A stretch of 49,775 bases of DNA, from positions 1-49,775 of the forward strand of contig CAOJEC010000004.1 of assembly GCA_948433885.1 (NCBI GenBank). The letters are read 5' to 3'. Of this stretch, positions 19,119 to 28,636 are shown in pieces. Numbering within the stretch: position 1 is the first letter of the stretch; the number at the start of each line of letters is the position of its first letter. The stretch comes from an uncultured bacterium (GTDB lineage Bacteria > Bacillota_I > Bacilli_A > RF39 > UBA660). The position numbers and the translations under genes are program-made. The notes beneath the pieces are model-generated. The model saw only the letters and a program-made list of their open reading frames with translations. It was not told where the DNA came from and made no database searches.

Positions 19119-19147
19119 TTGACAAAAATAACTATTTAAAGTATCAT
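19119..19147 (+). promoter_or_regulatory. Sigma70 promoter
   Basis: TTGACA-17 bp-TATCAT. Confidence 0.75.
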
Positions 19148-19153
19148 TTATAT

Positions 19154-19270
19154 AGCAAGATGTGACTAATGTAATGTCTTGCTGCTAATGTATATTCATG
19201 ATTATTATGGAATACATTAGAACCAAAACCCCCTGAAGAGGACACGACTTAATGTGTCCTCACTTTTTTT
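19154..19270 (+). ncRNA. Putative small structured RNA (unidentified) containing the integration core
   Basis: Bounded by a consensus promoter and the terminator GAGGACAC/GTGTCCTC+T7. Internal hairpins AGCAAGA/TCTTGCT and CTAATGTA/TACATTAG. No substantial ORF. Confidence 0.45.
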
Positions 19271-19320
19271 GCCCTAAAATAAAGGGATTTGTGGATTTGA
19301 TATATCTTTGATGATTGTTT

Positions 19321-19369
19321 TAGGCGACATCTAGGCGACAATTTATAAAAATAGTGACATCTAGGCGTA
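19321..19369 (+). repeat. Integrase arm-type repeats (left end of element 1)
   Basis: TAGGCGAC at 19321 and 19332; partial TAGGCG at 19362. Confidence 0.7.
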
Positions 19370-19421
19370 GTTAATGTGATTATAGTGGTGTATAATATAG
19401 ACAATGAAAGGAAACGTGTGT

Positions 19422-20135
19422 ATGGATAATATTGAAATGTTACAAAAGATAATAGATGAATCAGATAATATTGTGTTCTTTGGAGGAGCTGGTGTTTCTA
19501 CTGAAAGTGGTATTAGAGATTTTCGAGGAGATAATGGTTTATATAAAGATAAGAATAATTATGAGCCAGAGTATCTATTAAGTTCAAAGTGCTTTCATAA
19601 TGAACCTGAAGTTTTCTTTGATTTTTATAAGAATAAGATGAATTGTTTGGATGCAGTACCTAATGTAACCCATTTGTACTTAAGTAAACTAGAGAAACTT
19701 GGAAAACTTAAAGCAATTGTTACTCAGAATATAGATGGATTGCATCAAAAGGCTGGAAGTAGTAATGTTTTAGAAATACATGGAACTATTCGTAAGAACT
19801 ATTGTATCGAATGCAGTAAGGAATATGATTCGGATTTTGTTTTTAATAGTAATGGGATACCTAAATGTGATTGTGGAGGTATAATTAAACCTAATGTTGT
19901 ATTGTATGGTGATATGTTACCAGAGGCATTTTCTATTGCACAAGACTATATAAGTAAAGCTGATACTTTAATTGTGGCTGGTACATCATTGACAGTAGAA
20001 CCTGCGAGTAGTTTGGTTAGATTATTTGGAGGTAAGAATTTGATTATTATAAACAAAGACAAAACCCCATATGATAAGTTTGCAACATTAGTAATTAATG
20101 ATAATTTATCTAATGTGTTTGGAAATTTACATTAG
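19422..20135 (+). CDS. cobB: Sir2-family NAD-dependent protein deacylase
   Basis: GAGVSTESGIRDFRG, TQNIDGLHQKAG, EIHG, Zn ribbon CIEC..CDCG, KPNVVLYG, GTSLTVEP. Confidence 0.88.
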   Translation: MDNIEMLQKIIDESDNIVFFGGAGVSTESGIRDFRGDNGLYKDKNNYEPEYLLSSKCFHNEPEVFFDFYKNKMNCLDAVPNVTHLYLSKLEKLGKLKAIVTQNIDGLHQKAGSSNVLEIHGTIRKNYCIECSKEYDSDFVFNSNGIPKCDCGGIIKPNVVLYGDMLPEAFSIAQDYISKADTLIVAGTSLTVEPASSLVRLFGGKNLIIINKDKTPYDKFATLVINDNLSNVFGNLH

Positions 20136-20247
20136 TATAGTGCTTAGAGTCTGCAACACCGAGGACTATGAGTTCTATACAATTGATAGAAAGTTAGATT
20201 TTATAAGGGTTTAACCAATGTGTTAGACTCTTTTCTTTTGTTCAAGT

Positions 20248-20273
20248 GTATCAAAAACGTATCAAAAGTATCA
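20248..20273 (+). repeat. GTATCAAAA direct repeats (11-bp period)
   Basis: Copies at 20248 and 20259, partial copy at 20268; preceded by a hairpin with T tract (20205-20239). Confidence 0.55.
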
Positions 20274-20521
20274 GTTTTTTATGAAATGTAACAAGAATAA
20301 TTGAAAGTTTAATTTTATTTCGTATATTAAGATAGATGATTATATGATCATCGGTATTTGCAGCACAGATTTTCAACTTAGACACGAGATTGGGCGTGCT
20401 TATATGAGAGCACATTTTACCTCGTTAAACGCACTTATAATAATAATACTAAAGATATTAACAATTCAAATTCAAATCTAAATTTAAATTTAAACAAACA
20501 TTTATTTTTAAAGAAAGATTA

Positions 20522-20605
20522 TTTTACAGGTAGATATTATTTTTACAGGTATTAATTTAAACTAAAAAAACAAAAGAAAGAGATTGAATCAATGTTTTAC
20601 AGGTA
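20522..20605 (+). repeat. TTTTACAGGTA x3
   Basis: Exact copies at 20522, 20541 and 20595 next to an AT-rich tract (20460-20500). Confidence 0.6.
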
Positions 20606-20913
20606 ATTTATATAGAGTATGAGTAATAGAATGGCATTGATTAACTAAATAGAGATAAAACTATTTAGAAGATAGTATCGACGTATGAAGAAACAAGATT
20701 CATATATGCAGATATAGAGAAATTATTTTATTTAAAGACTGATTTGAGTGATCAAGATTCTGAGCAGCTTGTTCACTCGAATTAAGTTATTCTTAAAACG
20801 TGCTTAATTTGGGTTAAACTGGTTTTGATGGGTATTTGATTAACCTGTTTAGAACAACTTCACAACGGGCTTAAAAACTGGTTAAAACTTTGTGATTTTG
20901 AAAGGATTGATGG

Positions 20914-21327
20914 ATGATGTGTAAGGATTGGTTGATAAAGATACAAAACCCTCTTACAAGATGTAAATTAGTGATTTATGAGGATGGACGTTTCTATGTT
21001 GACGGTAGTGGACCTCTAATTGGATACTTAAAAGTTGGAGCCCTTAGAGAAATAAAGAGCTTAATTGATGAGTTTTTACCAACCATTAAACAATATGGCT
21101 ATCATGTTCAAGAAAAAGATGGATTCATAGTAAAATTTTGGGATAATAGCAACATGAAACGTGATGATCTTAAGGTTAAAGGTTGGAAATATGAATATCA
21201 TCTTTTGAGAATATTGTTCAATGAGAATAATATTCGTAAGTTCAAGATAGATATATCTGATTTTTACTCTATTATGGAAACTTTTTTAGGAACTACGTTC
21301 GATGAGGAGCGTTCAAATGAAAGATAA
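20914..21327 (+). CDS. Hypothetical protein
   Basis: 137-aa ORF with RBS AAAGGA; no family recognised. Confidence 0.6.
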   Translation: MMCKDWLIKIQNPLTRCKLVIYEDGRFYVDGSGPLIGYLKVGALREIKSLIDEFLPTIKQYGYHVQEKDGFIVKFWDNSNMKRDDLKVKGWKYEYHLLRILFNENNIRKFKIDISDFYSIMETFLGTTFDEERSNER

Positions 21328-21763
21328 AACTTGGTTAATTATGCTTATTAAAGAGCAAACTGATGGAATTTATACTGTAACGATTACTGAAGATGGTTAT
21401 GTTTTAGATAACAAGAAGAAAAAAGTAGTCGTTTTGAAAAAGTCAACTATGGAAGAACTTAATAAACTGATGATTGAGTATAAAAACCCTAATTTAAGTG
21501 ATGATTTTGATTCAAAATGTATGGTGAAATTCAATGGTGATACTAATAAGTTCACGAGTAATGATAAGGAACTCTATTCTAAAATCATTGATATAGTTTT
21601 TAAAGAAGATAATATTAAGCATCCACCTAAGTTGCTAGATTCTGCGATATCTTTAATTGAAAGGTTGCGAGCAACTGGAGAGCTAGATGCAATGATTCAA
21701 GCAGATGGTAAGGATGCAACAATAGATGCAATACTTGCTATATGTCAGTTAGAAAACGAATAA
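21317..21763 (+). CDS. Hypothetical protein
   Basis: ATG 21317 after GAGGAG, overlapping the previous gene. Confidence 0.6.
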   Translation: MKDKTWLIMLIKEQTDGIYTVTITEDGYVLDNKKKKVVVLKKSTMEELNKLMIEYKNPNLSDDFDSKCMVKFNGDTNKFTSNDKELYSKIIDIVFKEDNIKHPPKLLDSAISLIERLRATGELDAMIQADGKDATIDAILAICQLENE

Positions 21764-21880
21764 TAGATTACTTTTCAACTATATAAACTAACTTTAATTG
21801 AATTAAATGATTAATAATTTATAACTATATTGCTAATTCTTTGATTTAGAGTTAATTATAAAATCAAAGGAGTTAGAAAT

Positions 21881-22240
21881 ATGAAAGAAAGAATAATAGA
21901 AAATGATAAATTGATATATGATAAAATCCAACTCCCTAAGCACAATTACATTACTTTAAACTTACTGATTAAGAGAAAGTTTGTTAAGGAAGATGATATC
22001 GAAACTTTTATGTATGATGCTCTGTTTGAAGAATTACTGCAACAATACGATTTTCAAATTATTATTGTTACTGCAAGTTATGTTATATCGAAAATAAAGT
22101 CGAACAAATTTCGTGATGAAGATGGGAAAGAGATTGAATGTTTATATGCTTATTTCCGTCATAGTCTAACATGGAATTTAAAGAGACTTACTGGGCAAAT
22201 TAGACTTAGTTGGGAGGAAGATGACGATGACTATGGATGA
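21881..22240 (+). CDS. Hypothetical protein (C-terminus loosely resembles replication-initiator/DnaD-type helical domains)
   Basis: RBS AAGGAG; IECLYAYFRHSL segment; weak resemblance only. Confidence 0.5.
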   Translation: MKERIIENDKLIYDKIQLPKHNYITLNLLIKRKFVKEDDIETFMYDALFEELLQQYDFQIIIVTASYVISKIKSNKFRDEDGKEIECLYAYFRHSLTWNLKRLTGQIRLSWEEDDDDYG

Positions 22241-22507
22241 TACTAGTAAGTATCTTTTATTCTAGTTTTTTATTAAGGGGCTGTAATTTTTAAAACTTAT
22301 GGTATTATACAAGCTAGGTGATGATTAAACATTTCAAAATGTTGAGTTAACTAAATGCTCATTTCCTTTCAAACTGTGATTGTAATATAAATCCATACAA
22401 TTTAATTCATTGCCTGTTAAAAGAGGTCTAATTCTTCTACAAACTAAGAAAGTTAGAACTTTTTTATTTACTTTAAAGTGTTGTAATTCATGAGAGGAGG
22501 AACAGAT

Positions 22508-22720
22508 ATGAGACCAAGTGAAGAAGTTGAGAAGATTAAGAAATTATTTCCTGTAGGTACAAGAGTTAGATTGATTCAAATGGATGATTCACAAGCAGTA
22601 CCTAGTGGTATTTTAGGAGCTGTAGATCATATTGACGATGATGGACAAATCCATATGAACTGGGACAATGGTAGAACTTTAGCTTTAATATATGGGGTTG
22701 ACCAGTTCGAAATTGTTTAA
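22508..22720 (+). CDS. DUF4314-domain protein
   Basis: FPVGTRVRLIQMDD..PSGILGAVDHIDDDGQIHMNWDNGRTLALIYGVD. Confidence 0.8.
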   Translation: MRPSEEVEKIKKLFPVGTRVRLIQMDDSQAVPSGILGAVDHIDDDGQIHMNWDNGRTLALIYGVDQFEIV

Positions 22721-22917
22721 TAGTAAGTTAGTTCTAAGTATTTGACAATAATTGAAAGCATTTTAAAATTACAGCAATTCTAGTGTCTAGAATTAGAAAG
22801 GAGAATTTGTTTATTATGAAGATTACTTGTAGAGTTTTAATTTAAATAATAAACTTACAATAAAGGCTGTATTTCTTTCGAACTTATGGTATATAAACAA
22901 GCGGGATGGTGATTTGA

Positions 22918-23145
22918 ATGAAGAAATTGTTATTAAATAATCCTAGTCTTAATGTGATTAAGGAAAAATTATCTAATGATTTACCCGAAGAAATTGAAAT
23001 AACTTTCAATAACAAAGTAGACAATGGTATAGAGTTTGTGATAATGGATTATTTAATTAATTCTGCTGGATATTCTATTGAAGAAGTAAAGCCAATAGAT
23101 GATTCAAAAGCAATGTATATTGTTTACTTTAAAAGGAAGAGTTAG
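22918..23145 (+). CDS. Hypothetical protein
   Basis: 75-aa ORF downstream of a repeated promoter motif. Confidence 0.5.
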   Translation: MKKLLLNNPSLNVIKEKLSNDLPEEIEITFNNKVDNGIEFVIMDYLINSAGYSIEEVKPIDDSKAMYIVYFKRKS

Positions 23146-23447
23146 TTCTCTTCCTTTTTGCCTTCTAATAACTTTTGATTTTCTTCCCAATATTCCCAAT
23201 AGAAATTTGGATCTTGTTCATACAATTCAATTGCACCACATAGAACCTCTAGTGATGGTCCGATTTCAGAACTTGGTGCTTCAATTCTTTTAAGCGATTC
23301 TGGTTCTATTCCAAGTGCAGGAGCTGCATCTTTTACTTTGATATTAGCGAGTTTTCTTGCAATACGCATATTCTGACAAATATTCTTTTTTACACCACTA
23401 TAATCTATCAATTGTTCATCAGTATAAGAGTGATTATTTCTACCCAT
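23142..23447 (-). CDS. XRE-family HTH regulator
   Basis: NMRIARKLANIKVKDAAPALGIEPESLKRIE; RBS GGAGG; divergent from 23554. Confidence 0.7.
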   Translation of the reverse strand: MGRNNHSYTDEQLIDYSGVKKNICQNMRIARKLANIKVKDAAPALGIEPESLKRIEAPSSEIGPSLEVLCGAIELYEQDPNFYWEYWEENQKLLEGKKEEN

Positions 23448-23553
23448 AAAACAACCTCCACAGTATTTATTATTTTCTCATAATTATCTTGAAATGACGG
23501 TATCTTCAAATGTTACTAAATTTGTGATATAATATTCTTGAGGTGGTGTTTTT

Positions 23554-24189
23554 ATGAGTAAAATTTCTAATGGTGAGGGGTTTATCTATGTATATCCGTG
23601 TATAATGGGTGGTACAAAGAATCTTTGTAAGATAGGTGTAACTGACAATTTTAAGGAAAGGATGAGTCAGCATGTTCGCACTCCATATCATGGTTTCAAT
23701 TGCATGCTAAACTACCCTAGTTATAAACCTATTGCTACGGCTTTTCGAGTTAAGTCTATGAATATATCTGATAACTTAGTTAGGGATTATTTTAAAGATT
23801 ATCAATTGGCAGGAATCGAGGTATACAATATCAATTATAATGTTAGTATCCAAGAACTATATAACCTATTGTATAAGCACAACCAGTTTATTGAACTTAT
23901 AGAAGATAAGACTACTGATTATAGTTTTCTTGTACTAGAAGAAGAAGTTAAAATTGATACAACTAAGTCAGTTTTTGAAGAACTTAGAGATAAAATTTTA
24001 TCTAAGTATAATGATGAGCTACCAGATGAACTGCTTTTACTTCTAAGAGATGGTGAAGAATTTAAAACGCATTGTCCATCTCACAAAAATTTTATTGAGT
24101 TTCGAGATGGATTAGTATTAGATATTAGTGTTTGTAAAGCTAGTCGTGCTTTATTGCTAAATAAGTTACAAGAAATATTAAAGGAGTGA
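23554..24189 (+). CDS. GIY-YIG-like T5orf172/MUG113-domain protein
   Basis: GFIYVY...LCKIGVTDNFKERMSQH. Confidence 0.65.
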   Translation: MSKISNGEGFIYVYPCIMGGTKNLCKIGVTDNFKERMSQHVRTPYHGFNCMLNYPSYKPIATAFRVKSMNISDNLVRDYFKDYQLAGIEVYNINYNVSIQELYNLLYKHNQFIELIEDKTTDYSFLVLEEEVKIDTTKSVFEELRDKILSKYNDELPDELLLLLRDGEEFKTHCPSHKNFIEFRDGLVLDISVCKASRALLLNKLQEILKE

Positions 24190-24470
24190 TTTTTATGTTT
24201 ACTGATTGTTTTGAGGACAGGATTCTAATAATTTTGGAATCAATATTTATTACATGTTCGGCTGTTTTATTATTTCCTTATAACAAAATGATTGCAGTTG
24301 ATATTTGTAGAGCAACACAAATACCCTATGATCTAGTTTTATCAGTTACATCAGCTGGATTTGGTAACAACATTATTATATTGTTATTTGTTGTTGAGAT
24401 TGTATTAGTTGTTCTATTTATTGAAAAATTTATTCCAACATGTATTGAAAGATTAGTTTGGGATTATTGA
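24186..24470 (+). CDS. Small membrane protein
   Basis: Two hydrophobic segments; overlaps upstream stop (GTGA). Confidence 0.45.
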   Translation: MIFMFTDCFEDRILIILESIFITCSAVLLFPYNKMIAVDICRATQIPYDLVLSVTSAGFGNNIIILLFVVEIVLVVLFIEKFIPTCIERLVWDY

Positions 24471-24490
24471 TTTTAAAGGAGTTGTATGTT

Positions 24491-25138
24491 GTGAAAAAGA
24501 AATTAATTATTTTAGGAATTATTATTATTCCAATTATTACTATTATTGCTATGCAAATACCAAAATGGACTAATCAGAATAAGTTTAAAGAGATATTTGA
24601 TGATACTTCTATACTGGCAAATGGATATACCTATCATGGTCTTACTTATTTAGACATCCACTCTAATCAGTTTAGAATGAAATATAGTGATTATGATACA
24701 AAAATTGTTAAAGGATCTGACATAGAAATCAAAGGAACTGTCAAAGTAAAGGATTCTAATACTTTAATACTTACCTATGATGGTGGTTCGATAACATGTT
24801 CAGTTTTAAATATTAATGTTTTAGACTGTGATGGTGCAGTTTTTAGAAGATATGATGGTCAATATGGGGATGAGAAAAAATGTGAATTAAGTCCTACCGA
24901 GTCAGAAAATGTAATTGCTGCTGGTTGGGATGATGCTTATGCAAATAGACAGGGTGCTAGTTATAATAACCCTTATGAGAAAACTGATCCTTGTTATCAA
25001 GAATATGATGGTGATTATTATACAGGTGTTTATAATGGTTACTTAAGAAATAAAATGTCTGTTAGTACCTATGAAATAATAGTAAAGGGACATAGTTGTT
25101 TAAGTATGGATGGCAACTGCTACAATGTTAAGAGGTGA
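24491..25138 (+). CDS. Membrane-anchored/secreted hypothetical protein, Cys-containing
   Basis: GTG 24491 after AAGGAG; MKKKLIILGIIIIPIITIIA N-terminal anchor. Confidence 0.65.
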   Translation: MKKKLIILGIIIIPIITIIAMQIPKWTNQNKFKEIFDDTSILANGYTYHGLTYLDIHSNQFRMKYSDYDTKIVKGSDIEIKGTVKVKDSNTLILTYDGGSITCSVLNINVLDCDGAVFRRYDGQYGDEKKCELSPTESENVIAAGWDDAYANRQGASYNNPYEKTDPCYQEYDGDYYTGVYNGYLRNKMSVSTYEIIVKGHSCLSMDGNCYNVKR

Positions 25139-25144
25139 TAAATT

Positions 25145-26227
25145 ATGAGTAAGAAACAAATTAAAAATATTGATGTAGATCAGGATATTGTTAAACCTAT
25201 AAAGAAGAAAAATAAGCATATTTTATTAAAGGTTCTTTTAGTTATTATAATTGTTATAATACTATTCTTTAGCTATAGCTTTATTAAGCAGAAGTTATAT
25301 CAAACTAGAAGTCAGAAGATGACTGAGGAGGTTAATGAGATACAAAAGGATAAGGTAGATTATGTTTTTATTGAGATTAACCCTTTTCTTGTTCTAACTA
25401 TTAAAGATGGTACTGTAGAAGATGTGGCATGCCTTAATGATGACTGTGTTTCCATTTATAATGAAATCAAAATTGCAGGTAAAAATATTGATGATAGTAT
25501 TGATTATTTATATGATTTAGCCAAGTCAAAAGGTTTTGATACTTCTAATGGAGTTAAAGTTAGAGCAACTGGAAATGTATATATTGAGAAAAAGGATTAT
25601 GTTATTGTTGAGTATATTTCAGTAGCAGATAAAGAGGTATTGCTAGCTGATTTGAAGAACAATGAGAGTATAAAAAATAGTAATAATGATGGTTATTACA
25701 CTACCCTATGGGATAAGTTAAAAGCAGATGGTGACTATGGTGATGTATATTCTTGTAGTATGAATAATGAAGAATTAGAATGTTATTTTACTGAGAAATT
25801 TATATCGAATATTTTTGATGAAAAACAACTAGTTTTAGATTACGTAGGATTGGAAAATCAAATCAATAAGTTTTTCAATACACTTGATAAATTTAGAATA
25901 AAACACACAAAGAAAGATGATACCGAATATATTTCCATTAATTATAATGAATATGTTGCTACAGGTAGTATTCAAATAGAAGATAAAGAGATATTAGCTA
26001 ATGTTTTATCGAGAAAAATTGAACATCAGAATTCAAGTTCTTCTTATGAGGAATGTTTACTTGCCGATACATATGAATACGTTGATTTGAAAGATTTTAA
26101 TCTTTTAAATCCTAATGATGCTAATAAGATTAAAAGATATACACCTGAGCGAGTAATTAAAGATTGTAAAGAAGTAGAAATGATTAATAATTGTTTGACT
26201 GGTAATGGTCCATGTGATTTAGAATAA
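25145..26227 (+). CDS. Membrane-anchored protein with RsgI-type juxtamembrane domain
   Basis: Single TM, then VFIEINPFLVLTIKDGTVEDVACLNDD...GKNIDDSIDYLYDLAKSKGF, resembling the RsgI (V/I)xIDINP...ALNED...L..KGY domain. Confidence 0.6.
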   Translation: MSKKQIKNIDVDQDIVKPIKKKNKHILLKVLLVIIIVIILFFSYSFIKQKLYQTRSQKMTEEVNEIQKDKVDYVFIEINPFLVLTIKDGTVEDVACLNDDCVSIYNEIKIAGKNIDDSIDYLYDLAKSKGFDTSNGVKVRATGNVYIEKKDYVIVEYISVADKEVLLADLKNNESIKNSNNDGYYTTLWDKLKADGDYGDVYSCSMNNEELECYFTEKFISNIFDEKQLVLDYVGLENQINKFFNTLDKFRIKHTKKDDTEYISINYNEYVATGSIQIEDKEILANVLSRKIEHQNSSSSYEECLLADTYEYVDLKDFNLLNPNDANKIKRYTPERVIKDCKEVEMINNCLTGNGPCDLE

Positions 26228-26236
26228 GAAAGAAGT

Positions 26237-26917
26237 GTGATGGTTATGTTTAAGATTATATTAGGTTTGGTTCAGCAACATATTGCTGCAACTATTATTG
26301 TTAGTGTTGTAGTGGTAGTTGGTGCTGTTGCTACTCCTGTTATCTTATTGAACGTCAAAGATGAACCAAAGCCAAATAAAGATATTAAAGAAGAAGTTAA
26401 ACAAGATGATCAAGAGGCGGAGGTCATAGAACAAGAGCCCGAATTGAACGAAGATGGGTGTCCTGTAGGTTTCTTTTTGAACTACTATGGTATATGTCAG
26501 GATGAGCACCTTTACGAGCCACAGGAGTGCCCAGATGGTGAAATGTGGTGGCCAAATAATATGGCAGAGTATACTAAAGATAATGGTGATGGAACTGTGT
26601 CACCAGATTATGAGGCTGCATTTGGTATTGATGGTTTACCTAAAGGAATTTGTGTAAGAGATTATGAAGCACAAGATGCTTGGTATAAGTCACATGGATA
26701 TCCTGGTATGAATCCAAAGGATAGAGAATTATATAATCATATTAATGATTGTGAACGTGGTTTTAGTTATGATTCAGATACAAAGACTTGTGTAGATAAG
26801 ACAGCTTGGTATCGTATGAGATATGAGAAAGAAGTTCTTAGTAAACATGATCCAAAGGATGATTTACCAAAATGTTCTGAACGATCTGAAACTGATCAGG
26901 CTTGTCTTAAGGATTAA
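26237..26917 (+). CDS. Membrane-anchored Cys-rich extracellular protein
   Basis: N-terminal TM, acidic linker, repeats GCPVGF..GIC, ECPDGE, DCERGF..TC. Confidence 0.6.
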   Translation: MMVMFKIILGLVQQHIAATIIVSVVVVVGAVATPVILLNVKDEPKPNKDIKEEVKQDDQEAEVIEQEPELNEDGCPVGFFLNYYGICQDEHLYEPQECPDGEMWWPNNMAEYTKDNGDGTVSPDYEAAFGIDGLPKGICVRDYEAQDAWYKSHGYPGMNPKDRELYNHINDCERGFSYDSDTKTCVDKTAWYRMRYEKEVLSKHDPKDDLPKCSERSETDQACLKD

Positions 26918-27052
26918 AGAGATATTTAATATAAGTCATATTAATGAGAAAGAAGCACTTAACTAGTTGCTTCTTTTACCAATTGTATGGCTGTAATAAT
27001 AATTATTTATGGTATAATTTGTATAATGAAATATAGTTAGGAGGTTACCAAT

Positions 27053-28033
27053 GTGACTAAGAAGATTAATTTTAGGAAGATAGAGACTATGATCCCAGAG
27101 GATATATTCATTTCTAATATAGCACATCTTATTGGTGATGTAAAAAATGTAACACTAGAAGTTAGATTTGATAGTATTAATTCTTTTGAAGTTGATGATA
27201 CTATGTTTGTTCTTCTTGAGATGCATGATGCTGCTTGCAATAAAATTAAAGGTTTAATGGTTGGTGCAAGAGATAATGATTTTAAGACTTTAGTAAAAAA
27301 TATTAATATAGATACCAAATACAGAGTTAGTGGTAATGTTTCTTTATTAGATAAAGGATCGTACGATGAAGAGTTGCCTTTTAAAATTAATGATGATAGA
27401 GTATTTTGTATTTATGCCTTACAAAATTATGGTGAGACTTTATTTGGTGTAGATTTAGATGAGTTGTATTGTAATGGTGATTCTAAGATGGCATACAATT
27501 TGGTTAAAAGTAATACCAGTTATTTAAATAACATTTCTTTAGAAGATGTTGAGATGATTGAATTCTCTTGTTATAAAGATATCATAGTGCTATTGAAAGA
27601 TGGTACTCTATATGTAAATGGTGAGAAGAAATTTGATAATATTGTGTATGTTGCTTTTATAGATATTGATTGTGTTTTTGCAATAAGTACTGATAGAGTT
27701 ATAACTTGTTTAACTAGTAAGAAGAAAGATGCTAGAGATGCTATTAATAATCACGATTATAGATATAAGAAAGTAATTGTAACAGGTACAGGAATTGTTG
27801 CCTTAACTTATGATAGAACAGTTAGATATTATGGACATTTTATAAAAGAGTGCATTTTTGGAGAATACTTAGTTGATGTGGATGATATAGGAATAGTAGA
27901 TAAATATACTTCTGATGTTGTTGTTATTAAAGGAGACATGGCTTATTCCTTATTTATGACATACCCACCTTATCGAGTATCGGATATAACATTATTAAGT
28001 TATTGCAATAGAGGTGGAGATTTTGTTATTTAA
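27053..28033 (+). CDS. Hypothetical OB-fold plus beta-repeat protein (paralog A)
   Basis: N-terminal VTLEVRF..DTMFVLLEMHD..YRVSGNV OB-like pattern; paralog of 28637-29608. Confidence 0.55.
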   Translation: MTKKINFRKIETMIPEDIFISNIAHLIGDVKNVTLEVRFDSINSFEVDDTMFVLLEMHDAACNKIKGLMVGARDNDFKTLVKNINIDTKYRVSGNVSLLDKGSYDEELPFKINDDRVFCIYALQNYGETLFGVDLDELYCNGDSKMAYNLVKSNTSYLNNISLEDVEMIEFSCYKDIIVLLKDGTLYVNGEKKFDNIVYVAFIDIDCVFAISTDRVITCLTSKKKDARDAINNHDYRYKKVIVTGTGIVALTYDRTVRYYGHFIKECIFGEYLVDVDDIGIVDKYTSDVVVIKGDMAYSLFMTYPPYRVSDITLLSYCNRGGDFVI

Positions 28034-28110
28034 ACATTAGATTTAGTTTTTAACTATACCTTCTTTGTGATGATTTGACTTTTTCTTTTTGTAAAAGGAA
28101 GTGATTTAAG

Positions 28111-28554
28111 ATGAATATAGAAAAAGATTATGATTTGGATAGGTTTATTGAGGCACACAATGATGATTATAATAGAGCATTAAACGAAGTAAAAAGCGGA
28201 AGAAAATTAACTCATTGGATGTGGTACATTTTTCCTCAGATAGCTGGTTTAGGTATGAGTGAAACCGCAAAGTATTATGAGATTAAGAGTTTAGATGAGG
28301 CAAGAGCTTATTTAAATAATGAGTTATTAAAAGACCATATAATTGAAATATCAAATGCTTTATTAGAACTTTATACAAATGATCCAGTAGAAGTATTTGG
28401 CGATATTGATGCTTTGAAGTTAAAATCGTCTATGACTCTATTTTCTTATATATCCAATAATGAAATATTTAATAAAGTTATAGACAAATATTTTAATGGT
28501 AATAAAGATTTAACTACTGTTAGAATATGTGAAGAATTGAAAGCAGGAAGTTGA
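28111..28554 (+). CDS. DUF1810-family protein
   Basis: LDRFIEAH..ALNEVKSGRKLTHWMWYIFPQIAGLG.S..Y.IKSLDEA.AYL; KLKSSMTLF. Confidence 0.88.
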   Translation: MNIEKDYDLDRFIEAHNDDYNRALNEVKSGRKLTHWMWYIFPQIAGLGMSETAKYYEIKSLDEARAYLNNELLKDHIIEISNALLELYTNDPVEVFGDIDALKLKSSMTLFSYISNNEIFNKVIDKYFNGNKDLTTVRICEELKAGS

Positions 28555-28636
28555 TTTGCTTCTATTGAGGAATAGGGATACAAATATTAATTATTTATGG
28601 TATAGTTTAAGTATGATTAAGGAGGTTATTGATGTG

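Noticed and set aside
19422-20135. Sir2 as an anti-phage NADase (Thoeris/DSR/Sir2-HerA)
   Set aside because: It is a canonical ~240-aa Zn-ribbon deacylase with an intact catalytic His and no partner defence gene.
19321-20273. Short direct repeats as a CRISPR or mini-array
   Set aside because: The repeats are 8-11 bp with no spacers of CRISPR length and no cas genes; they fit integrase arm sites better.
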